Of a DNA stretch of 64,000 nucleotides, positions 20,581-33,858 are shown piece after piece. Made by a program: the position numbers and the translations under genes. The DNA is from Trichodelitschia bisporula (Eukaryota). Each line of letters opens with the position of its first letter. Positions within the stretch are counted from its first letter, which is position 1. The DNA lies in NCBI GenBank assembly GCA_010356995.1, contig ML996707.1, forward strand, positions 372,001-436,000. Reading direction: 5' to 3'. The notes under the pieces are model-generated. The model was not told the origin of the DNA and ran no database searches. It saw only the letters and a list, made by a program, of their open reading frames with translations.

Positions 20581-21790
20581 TCACCTGTTGCGCCCATACG
20601 TCGGCGCCTTCGCAGGCTTGTTCTGCAACACACCCTCAATCTCCTCCATCACCTCCGGGGTGAGCTTCTCCAGCAAGAGCAGCGCCTTGCAGTTATCATG
20701 AATCTGCTGCACCTTCGTCGCGCCCAAAATAACGCTCGACACATTCTCATTCTTCGCTGCCCAGGCCAGGGCCAACTGACTGGCGTTTCCACCCAGCCTC
20801 TCCGCAATGGTGCTCAGCTTGCGCACCTTCTCGATCTTGGCCTGGCCCTCGGGGGTCTTGAGTTCCTTGACCGTCTCGTTGAAGAAGCCCGGGTTGGTCG
20901 CGAAGCGGGAGTCCTCGGGAATGCCGTCGTTGTACTTCCCCGTCAGCAGGCCCGAGGCGAGAGGCGACCAGATCGTGGTTCCGTATTGGAATTGCTGGTA
21001 CAGAGGCGCGTACTCGGCTTCGAAGCGCTCGCGGTGGAAGGCGTTGTACTGCGGCTGCTCGGCGACGGGCGCGATGAGGTTGTACCGCTCGGCGATGGCG
21101 GTGGCTTCGGCGATTTGCACGGCTGACCATTCCGATGTGCCCCAGTAGTAGGCGAGGTTGAGGTTGCGGATGACCTGCGTGAAGCCCTCGACGATTTCCT
21201 TCATCGGGGTGCTAATTATGATTAGATGCTTCCTGACCGCGAGGGGAAGAAACCACTCACCCCACATCCGGCCGATGCGCAAACACAATATCCGCATACG
21301 GCGTCTGCAGCCGCTCGAGACAGCTCTTCACCCCCTCGACAACATGCTTCCTGCTCAAGCCGCGCGTGTTCGGCTCCTTGCGCCCCGTGCCAAAGAACAC
21401 CTTCGTGCTGATCACGTACTCGTCGCGTGGCCAATCGAGCTCCTTCAGCGCCTGACCCATTTCGATCTCGCACTGCCCGTTCGCATACACCTCCGCAGTG
21501 TCGAAGAAATTGATCCCGTTGTCCCAGGCCGCCTGCAGGCAGTCCTTCACGATACTGCCTTTCTGCGTCCCGCCGTAAGTGAGCCACCCGCCCAGGCTGA
21601 AGATGCTGACTTTGAGACCGGTGGGGCCTAGGTGCCGGAAGACCATGTTCTTGGGGTCGTAGGCGCTGCGCACGGCAACGGGCATGTGGGCGGAGGCCAT
21701 AGTTGCGGAGACGGTGGAGGCGCGAGTGGTAATTGCGGGAGTAACGGTCTTTGGGAAGGAATTGAGCAGTCGGGTGGTGCGGAGGAGCAT
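20581..21790 (-). CDS. Aldo-keto reductase, Kv-beta/KCNAB-like family; intron 21260-21212
   Basis: [60 protein letters not shown] and [13 protein letters not shown]. Confidence 0.95.
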
Positions 21791-24484
21791 ATACTGGTCC
21801 TGAGCTGTGGATGTGAGAAGCCGAGGTTTGAGATCCTGGCGCAGAGCCCAGACCTACTGGACTTTATAGCTGCGGTGAGGAGGGAGCGCGCTGTGCGGGG
21901 CTAGTCTTGCGATTAATGCGCAGGGGTGCCAACGTCATTGCGGGTCGGGAGTGGGGTTCGGGTATGTTCCCTGTGGAGAAGAAGGTCGAAGGTGGGGTGC
22001 GGAATATCAGCCCCGGCCATGGCATCGGAGAGGATGTGAAATGCTTGATGAGTTCGGCTGACGCTCACCATCGCATTGTGTTTAGCGATGCCTTTTTGCT
22101 GCAATGGATGAAGCACGTTGGATGACTGCATGCAAGGCTTTGAAGATGTGATCGGCGCTTCGTTTCTCCCATTCCGGATGCGACGGGGAAGAAATCCACG
22201 ATCCCGGAGAATTTTGCCTCTGAACTCTCGTTACATCCGCAGGAACACACGCAAGAGAATGGAGATCGAGCCAATGGCTAGCCCGGATCTTTGAACTAGC
22301 ACGATGCTTACGATGAAGTGGTGGGAATAAAGCCAGCTTAATTCCTATCACCGTCGTAGCGCATCCGATCTTCCGGCATTGATATCGCACGCAATTTGAT
22401 ATCTCGGCATCAGAGCCTTCATAAGATTCGGTATCAGCATCCCTAGGGACACCGCTTCCACGTCACCTCGTGTTCTTTTCCATTTCTGACTACGGATGCA
22501 CGTACTCGAGTCAGCTGCAAAGCCGTGAAGAGCTTAAAGATACGAAATGAACTTCGAATTATCGGGGGAATATGATGTCCAAATCCCCGGGTCCCGAGTC
22601 CGGGCTCTCTGGAGTCTCATCTCAGCTTGACATACCGCGTGTTAGGCATCACGATACCAGCCAAACACGAGACAGTCGCGATGCGAACGGGTGAGCTGAG
22701 CAGTCGCTCCGGAGCGCTCATCGTCCTTCAGACGACGCTCAGATCATATCAATTTGCGAGGGATATTTCCTCGACAGCGAGGACGGTCGCATGTCCAGAT
22801 GAAGGCAGCGCATATGTTAAGGACGTTGCATATTGGCGCAGGCGATGGCGATGGCTGGCCATCAAGTCGATGGGTTGTTGTTGAAGTGTCTGATCAGACT
22901 GGACCCCGATTAGCGCGAGTCAAAGCGCTAGACTTGTCGTCATCGCGACTTGCCGCTTCCTTTCATCTTCAACCTCTTCTCTCTCGTATGTACTGTATCG
23001 CTCACTCTGTTCTTCGTCATCATCATTGCAAGATGTCGTATCCTATACCACCTTGACCGGCATCACCGAAAAGCCATCTGCAAGCAACCTGCAGGCCATG
23101 AGGTCACTTCACCCCTTTGTGTCACTGTGGCAGCGCCAATGGCCGGCTGCAACATCCCATACTTCAAAGCCTTGTGTGTGCCGATGAGTTGGACGGAGGC
23201 AATAGGTGACTCTTCGTCTGCCACTCTGTTCTCCCGTCAAACACAGTTCCCAGGCATCAGGATCGGATACTCTCTAGGTGACTATCTGCGTGTCCAGCCT
23301 GCACCAACGCCTCATCCTCTGCAGACGGCCGCCGGCATCGCATCCGGGAGAGCGCAAAGGACTCCGTCATGACGTTGCAGGCAAGCAACATTACTGCACC
23401 TCTCGTACAACGGTCCAAACTCCGAATCGTAATGACCTGTTCCACACTACCGAAGGCCGCCGTCTTAACCTTATCTCTCCCGGACCAACTCACAGAACTA
23501 ATGATGCTAAAAGGGAGCACTGCAATATATATTGCCTTTCTCAAAATGCAGTTGGATGCAGGCTGCGCCCAGTCTCACCAATCCATAGCTATATTAGGCT
23601 CATGCAGTAACAGGGCTCGTTGGATTCAACCATGGATTTGCAGGCCCGATCCGCTGCCTGTAAGCCCAGTCTTGCGGGACACCCCTCGGAGCGATACCTC
23701 TATGCGTCTACACTAGAATCCTTCGCGTCCGCCATCTTCCCATTAACGTAAGGAGCCAGGAACAGTCTGCAGCGGCAGCTGAGCGGTCGCACCGCGCAAA
23801 ATCCAACAGGAATACCCCTCGCAGGAAAACGCAACGCAGCGCACACAGCACAGCCCATCAATTGCAGAATCGCACAAGGCCTGCCTCGCGCCTCGCGGAA
23901 AGGCCGTATCTTCGCAGCCGTTGGTGGTTCGCACAACCCGCTTCCGTGGACAGTGTACACCGAGCCCTCCATAAGCGAGCGCTTGAACGACATCAGCACA
24001 AATACCACGCCAATAGATTCGTGTAGTCGCTCAATCACCCGCCCGGCGGCAACCCTCGAGGCTGTTGGCCGTACTCCCGCCCATCATCGTCTGCCGTCGC
24101 TTCGTCCACCACCCAGCCAGCCTCGCCCCCTGCCGCATTGCCCTGCCACCCCACCCCGCACCACCCGCCGCCACGGCAGCATTCTCGAACCTCGCTCCTC
24201 GTCCTATCGCGACGGGCGGCCTGGTGGCCCGCAGGCTGAGCTGCGTGATCTCAATCCGTCCGCTGATGCGCTGCCGTCCGGACTAACTGCATTGTGCGTC
24301 CTGATTGCCATTGGATCCTGTGGGAGCTTTAAGTGTGCGACCCCGCGCGTGCCTTCTAGTTTTCATTCATCGTCGTGGTTTTCACCTCTGAAAACCTTCA
24401 CTTCGAACTGCCCCTCCATACCCCGCCGTCCTGACCTTCTCGCCATCCCCCACACCATCACCATCTCCACCTCCAACCGCAACA

Positions 24485-25347
24485 ATGCTCTCCTTCCTCG
24501 CTCGCCACCCCCCGCGCACAGAAGTCGCGCACCTAACCCACGTCTCCCTCGACGAAGGCCGGGCATCAATAACCTTCCACCCCCGCTCCTCCGCCTACCT
24601 CGTCACCGAACGCATCCCACCCCAAGCCTCCGATGAGGACGTACGCAGCGGGCGCGCCCCCACCAAAGCCAACAGCGCGCTAGACCCACCCTTGCACTGG
24701 CACGCCCACCAGGACGAAACCTTCCACGTCGTGCGCGGAACCGCGCGGTTCTTCGTAGAGGGCAAGGCGTCATATGCAACTGCGGGCGCGCAGGTCACGG
24801 TCCCGGAGCGCGCGTATCATTCGTTTAGGAATGCGAGCGAGGAGAATGAGCTGGTTATTGAGTTTGTGCTTGAGCCTAGGTTTCAGGAGAGGGATGAGAG
24901 CTTTTTTCGTACGCTGCCCCCGAGCCCCCGGGCGTAGGTTCAAGCTAACACCAGACAGGCAACCTCCAAACCTACCGCGACGACTGCCGCAAAGCCGGCA
25001 TCCCCTTCGCCCTGCCACAGGTCCTGCTCTTCCTCTACTACGCAGACACATTACTCGCTCTCCCGGGACCGCGGTTCATAGCCCGGCCACTCGCCTTCCT
25101 GATAAATTTCCTCGGCGGGTTGGTGCTGGGCCATTACATTCTTGGCTACCAGAATTGCTATCCCGAGTACTTCCAGCCCGGGAAGGTGGCGGAGGAGGTT
25201 AAGGAGAGGGATTTTGCGGAGGTTAAGAAGCTAGAGTTGAGGGAGGAGGGGCAGGGTGGAAGTCCGAAGGGGGGGAAGGAGGGGGGGAAGGAGGGGCGCC
25301 CGGTCAGGAGGACGAGGGGGAGTAGGGAGGTTAGTTATAGGGATTAA
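24485..25347 (+). CDS. Cupin-domain protein; intron 24909-24958
   Basis: PPLHWHAHQDETFHV..G and VPERAYHSF cupin motifs. Splicing gives FFRNLQTYRDD, followed by a hydrophobic segment and GY...YPEY. Confidence 0.88.
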
Positions 25348-25743
25348 GTTGGGGGGGGTGTACTTTTAGATGTGTGGGGAGGGGAAATGGAAGGGTAATA
25401 TAATGGGGCAAGGCTGAATTTAGTGTACTGCTCGCTGTCTGGTGCTCCGTGAAGCTGTATCGCCAGCCTATCGGCCAATTTGGCCCTTCTATCCAATGGT
25501 CGGCCCGAGCCGGATCGCGGGGTGCTGCATCCGTTCCTGAGGCCTAACTCGGCACGCTAATTGCAACCTCACGGGTGGATTCCGGTAGGCTCAAGCATTG
25601 GGGCTCCGGGAAAGGCCCCGGCACGGCAGCTTCACTTGTGAGACTTCCATGCATGGAGACTGAGTGTGCATTCGTTCAACGCTATGCCGTAATCAAGATC
25701 ACCACTCCCCGGCGGCACAGGTCGATGACCACTATACCAGCCC

Positions 25744-27578
25744 TCAATCCTCATCCTCGAGCATCTGATCAATACTCCTCCCCTCCCCCCCCTGAACACT
25801 CCCCTCATCCTCGCTGTACCCCTCGAAAACCATGTATTTTTGGTTCTTCTCCTCCGCTGCAAGCTGTCAGCCTCATTCATCGATTCACAGCCAAAATACT
25901 TACTGCCCCACGGCACCAAAAACCCCTCCTGCACCTCACACTCCTTCAAACTCGTCTTCGCGCGATCCGTCCTCGCACCACCCTCAACCTTCGCCCGTCG
26001 ACCAACGACACACCCGGCAAGCGTAACATTATCACCCACAACAACGCCGTCCATGAGCAGGCAGCCCTGCATCCGCACGCCGCTCCCAATCTCGCACCCC
26101 ACCCCTATGACGCTCTCTTTGATATTCGTCCGCTCGCCGATGGTCACGTTCTCCGCGACGAGGCTGCTCTCCGTCTCGACACGGGTCTGCTTCCCCAGCG
26201 TCGCGCTCGCCGCGATTTTCGCTGCGTGCGCGTACGGCCCGGCCGCTGCCTTGCTCCCGGCTTCAGCGACGGACGGGAGCTTCGCGAGCCGCAGGGAGAT
26301 GGCAAGTAGCAGCGCCACATTATCCACGCGGCGGATAACCGGACCCTCGGGGTTATCCGGATGCACATACGCCAACAACTTCGGCACCTTCATCTCCTCC
26401 TCGACCATCACCGCCCCCTGACCACGCACGCGGGTCGCAAACGTCCGCCTCCCCCCCCCCGGCTGCGCATACTGCGTCGTACTATAATCCGCCACATTCG
26501 GCTCCGGCTCCACCTCCTCCTCCTCCATATCATCCTCAGGATTCGACGCACTCCGTCTCTTAGGCCGGCGGACCGCCTTATCCATATTCAATTTCCGCGC
26601 GAGCCCGGTCTGCCACGACGCTTTCGCCCACCAGCCCAGCGCGTCTTCGGCTAGGGAGTCGAATGCGTTGAGCATGAAATACCGCGCCGCCCAGCGGGGC
26701 AGGAAATACACGCCTGCGTCTCTGTGCGTGGTGAGTAGGCGCGCGCGCCCGGCGGGTCGGAGGAGCGCGAGACGCATGGCGAAGTGCCCTTTTTCTTCGT
26801 TGCTTTCTTTGAGGCTGTCCGTCGGGATGAGCAGCGCCAGCTGTGCCATCTCACTGCGCAGACTAGCGGGAGGGCGCGGAACCACGGGCGGCGGGAGGGG
26901 AATCAGCGCCGTGAAATCCGTCTGCTCGCCCTTAACTGCGTCCGCGCCGCGGGTCGGATACAGCACGGCCAGGCCGCCGCGGCGCCCGATCAATTCCCCA
27001 GCCGGGCCTGCGTCGTCGTCGTCCTCGGAGCCGAAGCCCGCTTGGCTGATCATCCATTCCTGCAGGAGGGAGGTGCCGTTGAGTTGGCAGACTAGATCGC
27101 AGGGCAGAACTAGGAAGTCTTTTTGGATTAGGGATTGGACCTCTGGGAGGCGGAAGATTTCGGCGGTGCCGGTGGTTTGGGTTAGGGCCGCCGGGGCGAG
27201 GACGGAGGGGTTGGGGAGCGGGGTGAAGTGCGGGTCTAGGGAGAGGGCGGAGGAGATGGCGGATTTGGATTCGGGGGGGGTTATGAGGGTTATATCTGAT
27301 GTATGTTAGCGTGTATGAGAAATTTGGGAGACGATATATCGCTTCGCATGTGAAAATCAAAAATCTTCCGACGAGTAAAATCGGTTGACTGGAAGCTGAC
27401 CTGTGATGCCCATCCGCGCACACCATTCGATCGGATACCACACCATAGGCCGGTTCGCGATGGGCACGAGCGCCTTGGGGAAGCCCCGAGGGTTAGACGT
27501 GAAGGTGTTGAAGGACACGCCCGGTCCGCAGAGGATGAGGGCCTGGAAGCCCGGGGACGGCATTGTGGCGTGTGGCAT
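25744..27578 (-). CDS. GCD1: Translation initiation factor eIF2B gamma subunit; introns 27400-27296 and 25903-25857
   Basis: GFQALILCGPG, PKALVPIANRPMVWYP and DFLVLPCDL, then a C-terminal left-handed beta-helix (NIKESVIG..C.IG) and an acidic tail. Confidence 0.93.
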
Positions 27579-27763
27579 GCAATGCTCAAGTACTTAACCA
27601 AGCTGCAAACCTCACTGTTTACTGTCTAGGAAGAAGAGGCGTGATGGTGGTGGTTAGTAAACTTCAAATTATGGGTTTGATGAAGTGACTGCCGCCCGGT
27701 GACTGGACGCTTGCTGTGGCTGAGGTTGTGGCTGTTGATACTGTGGCGGAATGATGGTGCCGT

Positions 27764-27777
27764 TTAGGGTAGGGTTA
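27764..27777 (+). promoter_or_regulatory. Telobox/Tbf1-like site upstream of eIF2B-gamma
   Basis: TTAGGGTAGGGTTA lies ~190 bp upstream of the ATG. Tbf1 sites are known in fungal translation-gene promoters, but function here is inferred. Confidence 0.35.
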
Positions 27778-28207
27778 CATATAAAATCACGGCTTCACGT
27801 CTGCTCCTTCTTCACTCACCGACATCGCCAACTCTTCCCCGGCTCGAGCCTTCATAATTCCACAATTTGTGTATGGAACGAGATCAAACTGTAGAGACGG
27901 GACCGCAGAAATAGGATTTTAACTCGGAGTCCGTTTCGGTCCCTATCGGTCCAAGCTAATACGGACTGATATGCTCTAGGAAACGACGTCTTCGCCAGTT
28001 AATATGTCAAGGAACCACCAGCAGATCAGTCCGCAGAGCGTCTCTATTACTCGCCAACGCAGCCTAGCGGACACCCAGCTTTGTACATGACGGACATAAA
28101 ACGCAGAACCAAACGCATAACCTCATTCGCAGAAACATAGCATCAAACCAAAGATCGCGATCGCAAGAGGTACCCAATCCCACATCCCCACAACCATCTC
28201 AACCCCC

Positions 28208-29599
28208 CTACTGCCTCCCCACCACACGCCTCTCCCAATCATCCCCCACCCGCACCCCATCCACAACCTCCACCCCCTTCCCAAGTCCAATCATATCACT
28301 CCGTTCCCACCACTTACTCTTCTTCTCATTCCGCCCCTCACTCTCATCCTCCGTATCCACCAGCGCGCCCAGTCCGCTCCCATCCCCACCCACAACAACG
28401 CAAACCGTCCCATGCACCCACCCCTTCACCGCCTCAATATTCTCTCCCCGTTCCCCCGACAGCGCATCCACGACGTACACAACATCCGGCGCAAGATGCT
28501 TGAGCATGTGCACCCAGCCCGTGCGCGTGCCGAAGGGCATCACCCCGCTGGGCTCCGTGACATGCGCTACGGCGCTGCGGTACACCACGTCGAAGTAGCT
28601 CCCGCCGCTCGCACGCGTGGAGCCGGGCGTGCGGCTGCCGGGCGTGTAAGGTGCGGGATCCATTGAGGCGAGTTCTTCGCCGGGCGTGACGGCGGGCGTG
28701 TTTACGTTGGAGTAGGAGGAGCCGAGGGAGGGAGGCGCCGTGGTGCGCAGCGGGCCTTGGGCAGGCGATTTGTTGGCTTCGGGGTTGTAGATTAGGATTA
28801 AGAGTTTGGTGGTTGCGGGGTTGACGGGCGGGAGCTGCGAGAGGAGGGACTGCGGTGGTTAGACTGGTGATACCGTAAAGGGGGGTGGGGGACTTACGAC
28901 GTGCTCAGTATACGCTGCGCCTTGCGCCTCGTCCTCCTCGCCGCCTAGTGTCTCGCCAGATAGCACAACGACAACAGTCTTGCGCCTCGCATCCGGCGCG
29001 TACTTCTGCGGCCCGTCGCGACGGGTCTCGGTCGCATTGTACGTCGGCACAACAGGCGCAACAGCCGGAATGTTCTCAGTCTCCGTAGTCGACACCTCCC
29101 GGCGCGTAACCTCCTCACTCCACTGCCGATGATCATCGAACTCGCCCTTATGCTCCTCATCCCCCTCCCTAATGGCATTTAACGCCGTCCCCACCACCGC
29201 TCCCGCAGCCGCAACCCCCGCCACCACCCTCTTACTGGCTGTATCGAAAACCTGCTGCGGGGAGGGCGTGCGCCGGAGCACATCCGACACGCGCGTCATC
29301 ATATCGCCCTGGCCCTGTTGCTCTCCCGGGCCAGCACCGCGCGCCGCCGCGCCGTAGCCCGGTTGGGCGTCGAAACCGGGCGGCCCGTCGCGCCCGCGCG
29401 GGTCCTCCTCAGGGTAGGAAAGGTCATCGTCGTCGCTGCTGGAGGTGCTGGACTCGTGGTCGTCGCGCGTGGACCAGATCCAGGCGGCGAGGCCGCCGGC
29501 GGCGAGGACGCTGGTTACCAAGAGCGGGACCCAGTATCCGAGGGTGGAGCGGCGGGTGGAAGAACGACGGGAGTCGTAGCGGTCGTAGGAGAAGGACAT
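28208..29599 (-). CDS. Pex22-like peroxin of filamentous ascomycetes; intron 28897-28850
   Basis: N-terminal GYWVPLLVT...GLAAWIWS membrane segment, LRRTPSPQQ, F.DH..WSEE, MPF.T.TG.VHMLKHLAP, VVVGGDG.GL.DTEDE and GLGKGVEVVD...DDWERRV. Confidence 0.8.
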
Positions 29600-30199
29600 T
29601 TGGGCGGATTTACATGCTTTGGGGGGCGATGATAGTGTAGGGCGACGGCGTGAGGTTGGGGGGAGCGTGGTTGTTGAGCAGCTGAGATGGGGTGTTTTCG
29701 TGGAGGCTGGAGATGCTAGGAGCTTGGGGGCCGGGTTTGAGGTGTGATTGGCTGGCCCGGGGGGTGGCCGAGGGCTTCGATAATTCCGAGACTGACACAG
29801 CAACACACATTGCTGTTCGGCCTGTGAAGCTGGAACAACAACAATATAAACTCTACTCACTGATAAAGCGCATAGAGATACTTATTCCTAAAAATGAGGG
29901 GCCAAAATACTGCGCATTCGATCTTGATCTTGCACGCATTCACTCGAAAAATCGCCACTGCTTGTCCGAGTACATCGTGGCCATGAGCATGTGCGAAGCA
30001 GCTGGCGCATGATGTTTCCAACCACCTCAGGGTCTTTTACTCACGATCCACAGCTAAGGAAACCTTCTATTGGTGATATCTTTTCCAGGAGACATCTCCG
30101 ATAAGCGAATTCATTACCTTCCGCATTCGGTACCATCCAGTTTGATCTAGCGAATACCGCACAAAAGCAGCAGCACTCAAACTATCTACAGCAGCTCTC

Positions 30200-32096
30200 T
30201 TACGACTTCAAATCTTTCGAGACCTCGCGCTCCTGCGTCACGTCGTCAAGCTTCTCCCCATCAGTCCCCTCCGGAGTTTTGCCCTCCAGCGTGACATCCA
30301 AGCCCTCCTCGCGCAAGGCCTCCTTCTGCTCCTCCGTAAGCGTCGACTCATCAAGCGTGATCCTGGGACCAGTGAACCTGCTTTCATCAGCATCCTGTTA
30401 TCTCCAGGCACGAGACCGGGGACATACCACTTGCGCGCATCAATATAATAGTACGCCAGCGAGCCCCCCCAGACCGCCGAATTGATAACGACTGTGTAGT
30501 TCATGGTATCCGCGTCCGGATTCGGCCCACCGACCGGCATCATAGACAGCACAATACCGAAAATCAAGAAAATGATCGCCGTCCACGCAATCGGAATACT
30601 CAACTTCCCCGTGTAAAACGGGCCGGGCTTGAACTTATGCTGGCCCCAGATCACACGGCAGGCAATCGGAACCCCCCAAGAAAGGTTATTACCCGCCACG
30701 GCAAGACTGAAAAGGGCTTGCGCGGCCGCCGGCGCAATCAGACACAGCAACCCCAGGATCGCGGCTAGGATGACGCACCCCCACGTCGTGCGCAGAGGGA
30801 TGTATCCGAAGCGCTTGGAGATGGGGCGGAAGAAGGAGGAGAAGGGGAGGGCACCGTCGCGACTGAAGGCCCAGGACTGGCGCGAGGCGGCGACGGTGAT
30901 GGACAGGCCCATTAGGAACTGTGTGAAGGCTAAAAGGAGCATGAGCGCGATGGTTGCCTTTTTGCCTAGGGAGTCATAGTATATTTGCGCCATGGGCTGG
31001 CCGAAGGGGGTGGTGAGGAGGTGCTCTAGGTCCTGAGACATGCAGGCGGCAAGAACGATGGTTATGATCCAGCCGAAACCCCAGCAGGCCCCGATGGACA
31101 TCAGGATACCGTACGGCACGGCCTTTGTAGCATTGGTGGCCTCCTCTGAGATGTGGACTGTGCTATCAAAGGCGCCTAATGCTGTTAGCTGGAAATCATG
31201 GCTTGCACGGACAATACTTACCGATTGTCCAGATAGGGGAGAGCCAGGAGAGCATGAAGGTCCACCCCGTGGGCCAAGTAGTGAGGTTGGCGGTTGTAGC
31301 GAAGATATACTTCCCATCATTCCTGTGATGGCGACTACCGATCGGAAGCGCAATGACGGTAATGGCAATGAGGAGAAAATTGGCCACGACGAATACCGTC
31401 TGGAGTTTCCCCATGACTTTGGACAGCACCGAAGCGAGAACCCCATGCATCAGCACGCATGCAAGGAACACGGCGTACGTGACTCCATTCGAGGGCTTCC
31501 ATTCTCCGTCCCGAGCCACGACTACGACGGACAGGAGCATCAAGGAGAATCCATAGTCAATGGAGCAAAGACCGCCGATGAGACCGAGGGTGTTGGAGTA
31601 CCCGACCAGGAAGCTCAAGGGATTGCGCGCCTTCGGGCTGGCGAAGAAATGTGTCCACCAGTAGAGACCACCGGAGGTGGGCATGGCGCTGCCCAGATCG
31701 GCCATGGCGAGGCCCACGATGAAGATAAACATGCTGGCCAGAAACCAGCCCTTATCACGTCAGTACCGGGTAACCAAGGCGGAGCAACCAAACTGGGGTC
31801 GACGTACCCACACCAGTCCCACCGGCCCAGCAGGAATGCTGTATGCCAGCGTACTGGCAATTGAGGGGAGCAAGCCCATAATGCTAAAGGCAAGACCAAA
31901 CACTTCAATCAGGGTAAACGATCTCCTGAGCTCCTGCTTGTAACCAAGCCTCGCTGCGCATCACGGTGAGCTAAGATTCATACTAGAGAGCTTGGGCGGG
32001 CATACCAAGGACTGCAGCATCATCTTCGCTAGAAAGGTTAAGTTCAGGCGTATCAGCGTGGTGAGCCGCCTCTAGCGATGCCTTCGATTCAACCAT
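30200..32096 (-). CDS. APC-superfamily GABA/amino-acid permease (UGA4-like), multi-exon
   Basis: LGYKQELRR.F...EVFG.AFSIMG, SAMPTSGGLYWW, FDSTVHISEE, SRQSWAFSRDGALPFS, PGPF and MNY motifs, with about five GT-AG introns. Terminal exon FTGPRITL...DLKS*. Confidence 0.92.
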
Positions 32097-33062
32097 GGCG
32101 ATCCGTTGTATTGGAGTGTGAAAGTGCAAAGCAACACAGAGTCACTGCAGAACAGGGGATCCTCACCAATAAGTAGGGCCAGATTTTCGACAGCTTGGTT
32201 CAATCCAGATCTGCGGGCGAGATTGACGTCGGTGAATTTACCATAAGCTCTCATATCTGCACGATTATTGGCTCAGACGGTCATCATGATAGGCACTGCA
32301 CACTGATAAGTGATGGGCGGCAGGGTTCAAGCTGCAGCGTGTCAGACTCCGAAGACAGGCGTGGGAGGCCAGCCGCGGGACCAGTGCGCGGGATATTGCG
32401 GGGAAGATAGCTTCCACGTTGGAGAGATAGGCTCCGGAAAGGTTGTGTTGCTCAGCGGTAATTGCGTCTCTTTCGCGGCTGCTGTCGTGATTTCGCGATC
32501 TGGGTAACATCCCGATTTTGTGGGAGCATGGCCGGTTTGAGAATAAAGGTGGTATGAGCTGGCGCAGTGTTACCCAATCTCATCTTATGACACTGGGTGG
32601 GATGTAGGGTTGTTGCTACCAGCATCTCAGCACGACATGGAGGATAAGAGATCCCCGCATCGCATGTTTGGTAACGAGTTAACGTTAGTCCTGAATCGAA
32701 GGAATGCGGGCCATGTCTTGGTGGCGGGGCAATTCCGCCGTAGCATCCGCTAAACTCGGATTGGCATCTTCAACCATCCTCTTATAAGCTTGACAGCAAG
32801 AAGGCGTGGAAGGCTACCAAAGTTAGGCTTGGTGCGCGATGTTCATCCTGCTTTATTCCCGTGCTTTAATCTACGGCCAACGAGACAGCCAATCATCAAT
32901 GCGCTAACGTCGACGGTGAGCTGCAAGGCTATCAGTCAATGATAGCGTTTCACAACGGCCGCAGAGGACAACAAAAGCAAACTCCAAATGCTCCAACAAC
33001 CTTGCGACTCCAAAAACCAACCCGAGGAAACTCGACGCCACTTGACTTCACATGCCACCGGG

Positions 33063-33858
33063 CTAGAACATCACAGCCACACCCGCCGCAACTGCCAACA
33101 ACCCAAGCCCAGTCCGCGCCCGCTCGCCCGCACTGCGCGGAGCCGTGGTATTTGCCGCCGCGGCTCCGCCTCCGGCCTGCCCGCCCGAAACCGATGGCGT
33201 ACCGGCCTGGCCTGGCGAGACGTTGTTCGCTGCTTGCTTGGCCTTATCGGTGTACTGCTGGAGCGTCTGTCCCGAAGCCGGCCTATTTCTGTCAGCTCTG
33301 CCGGGTGGTGCCCTGAGGTAAGTCTTACGGGTTGATAACGCCCACCATGCCGTCCTGGCAGTGCCGGGCCTGCGAGCAGTAGAACCAGATCGGGTTGGTG
33401 TCTTTGATTGGCAGGGTATAGGTGAGTTGGCCCTCGGCGTTGGTGGGCATGAAGCCGGAGAAGAAGGCGTTGGGTGCGCTTTGCACTAGAGGCACGCAAG
33501 GCTGATCGAAAGATGATGAGACGACGGAGTGATTCTATCTGATCAGTACAGTGTCGAGCATCGGCAAATGACGCACCTTTGAGTAAAACTGGAACTGGAC
33601 CATCTCGCCCGGCTTCGCCATGATGCTATTCGGCGAAAACACCAGGTCGTTGTTCGCGCTTCCCACTTTGACAACCCACACGGGGACCGCTCCGGCCGCG
33701 CTGTTGCCGCCGTTGCCACTTTGCCCAATGACACCGCTGGCTGTGCTTCCTGCGGATGTGCTCACTGGTGTTCCGGTCACGCCCATGGTGAATGTCTGCT
33801 GGGCGGCGAGCGCAGGCGCGAGGAGCGCTGCTCCGAGAAGGAATGTCTTGAGCTGCAT
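33063..33858 (-). CDS. Secreted, probably GPI-anchored cupredoxin-like protein, two introns
   Basis: Signal peptide MQLKTFLLGAALLAPALA, then VFSPNSI.A.PG..VQFQF, NHSV, PC.P, FFSGF and WFYCSQARHCQDGMVGVIN, ending in a hydrophobic C-terminus. Confidence 0.9.

Noticed and set aside
26451..26460. C10 and other homopolymers in eIF2B-gamma as frameshift sites
   Set aside because: The reading frame stays intact through them. The G8 near 25790 could at most alter the last few residues.
27764..27777. TTAGGG-like sequence as an interstitial telomere
   Set aside because: Only about two units, in a promoter context.
31040..31864. Long antisense ORFs over conserved genes (also 5027..5551, 12735..13370, 25575..26309, 46797..47573)
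   Set aside because: Expected by-product of GC-rich codon bias on the opposite strand, with no motifs.
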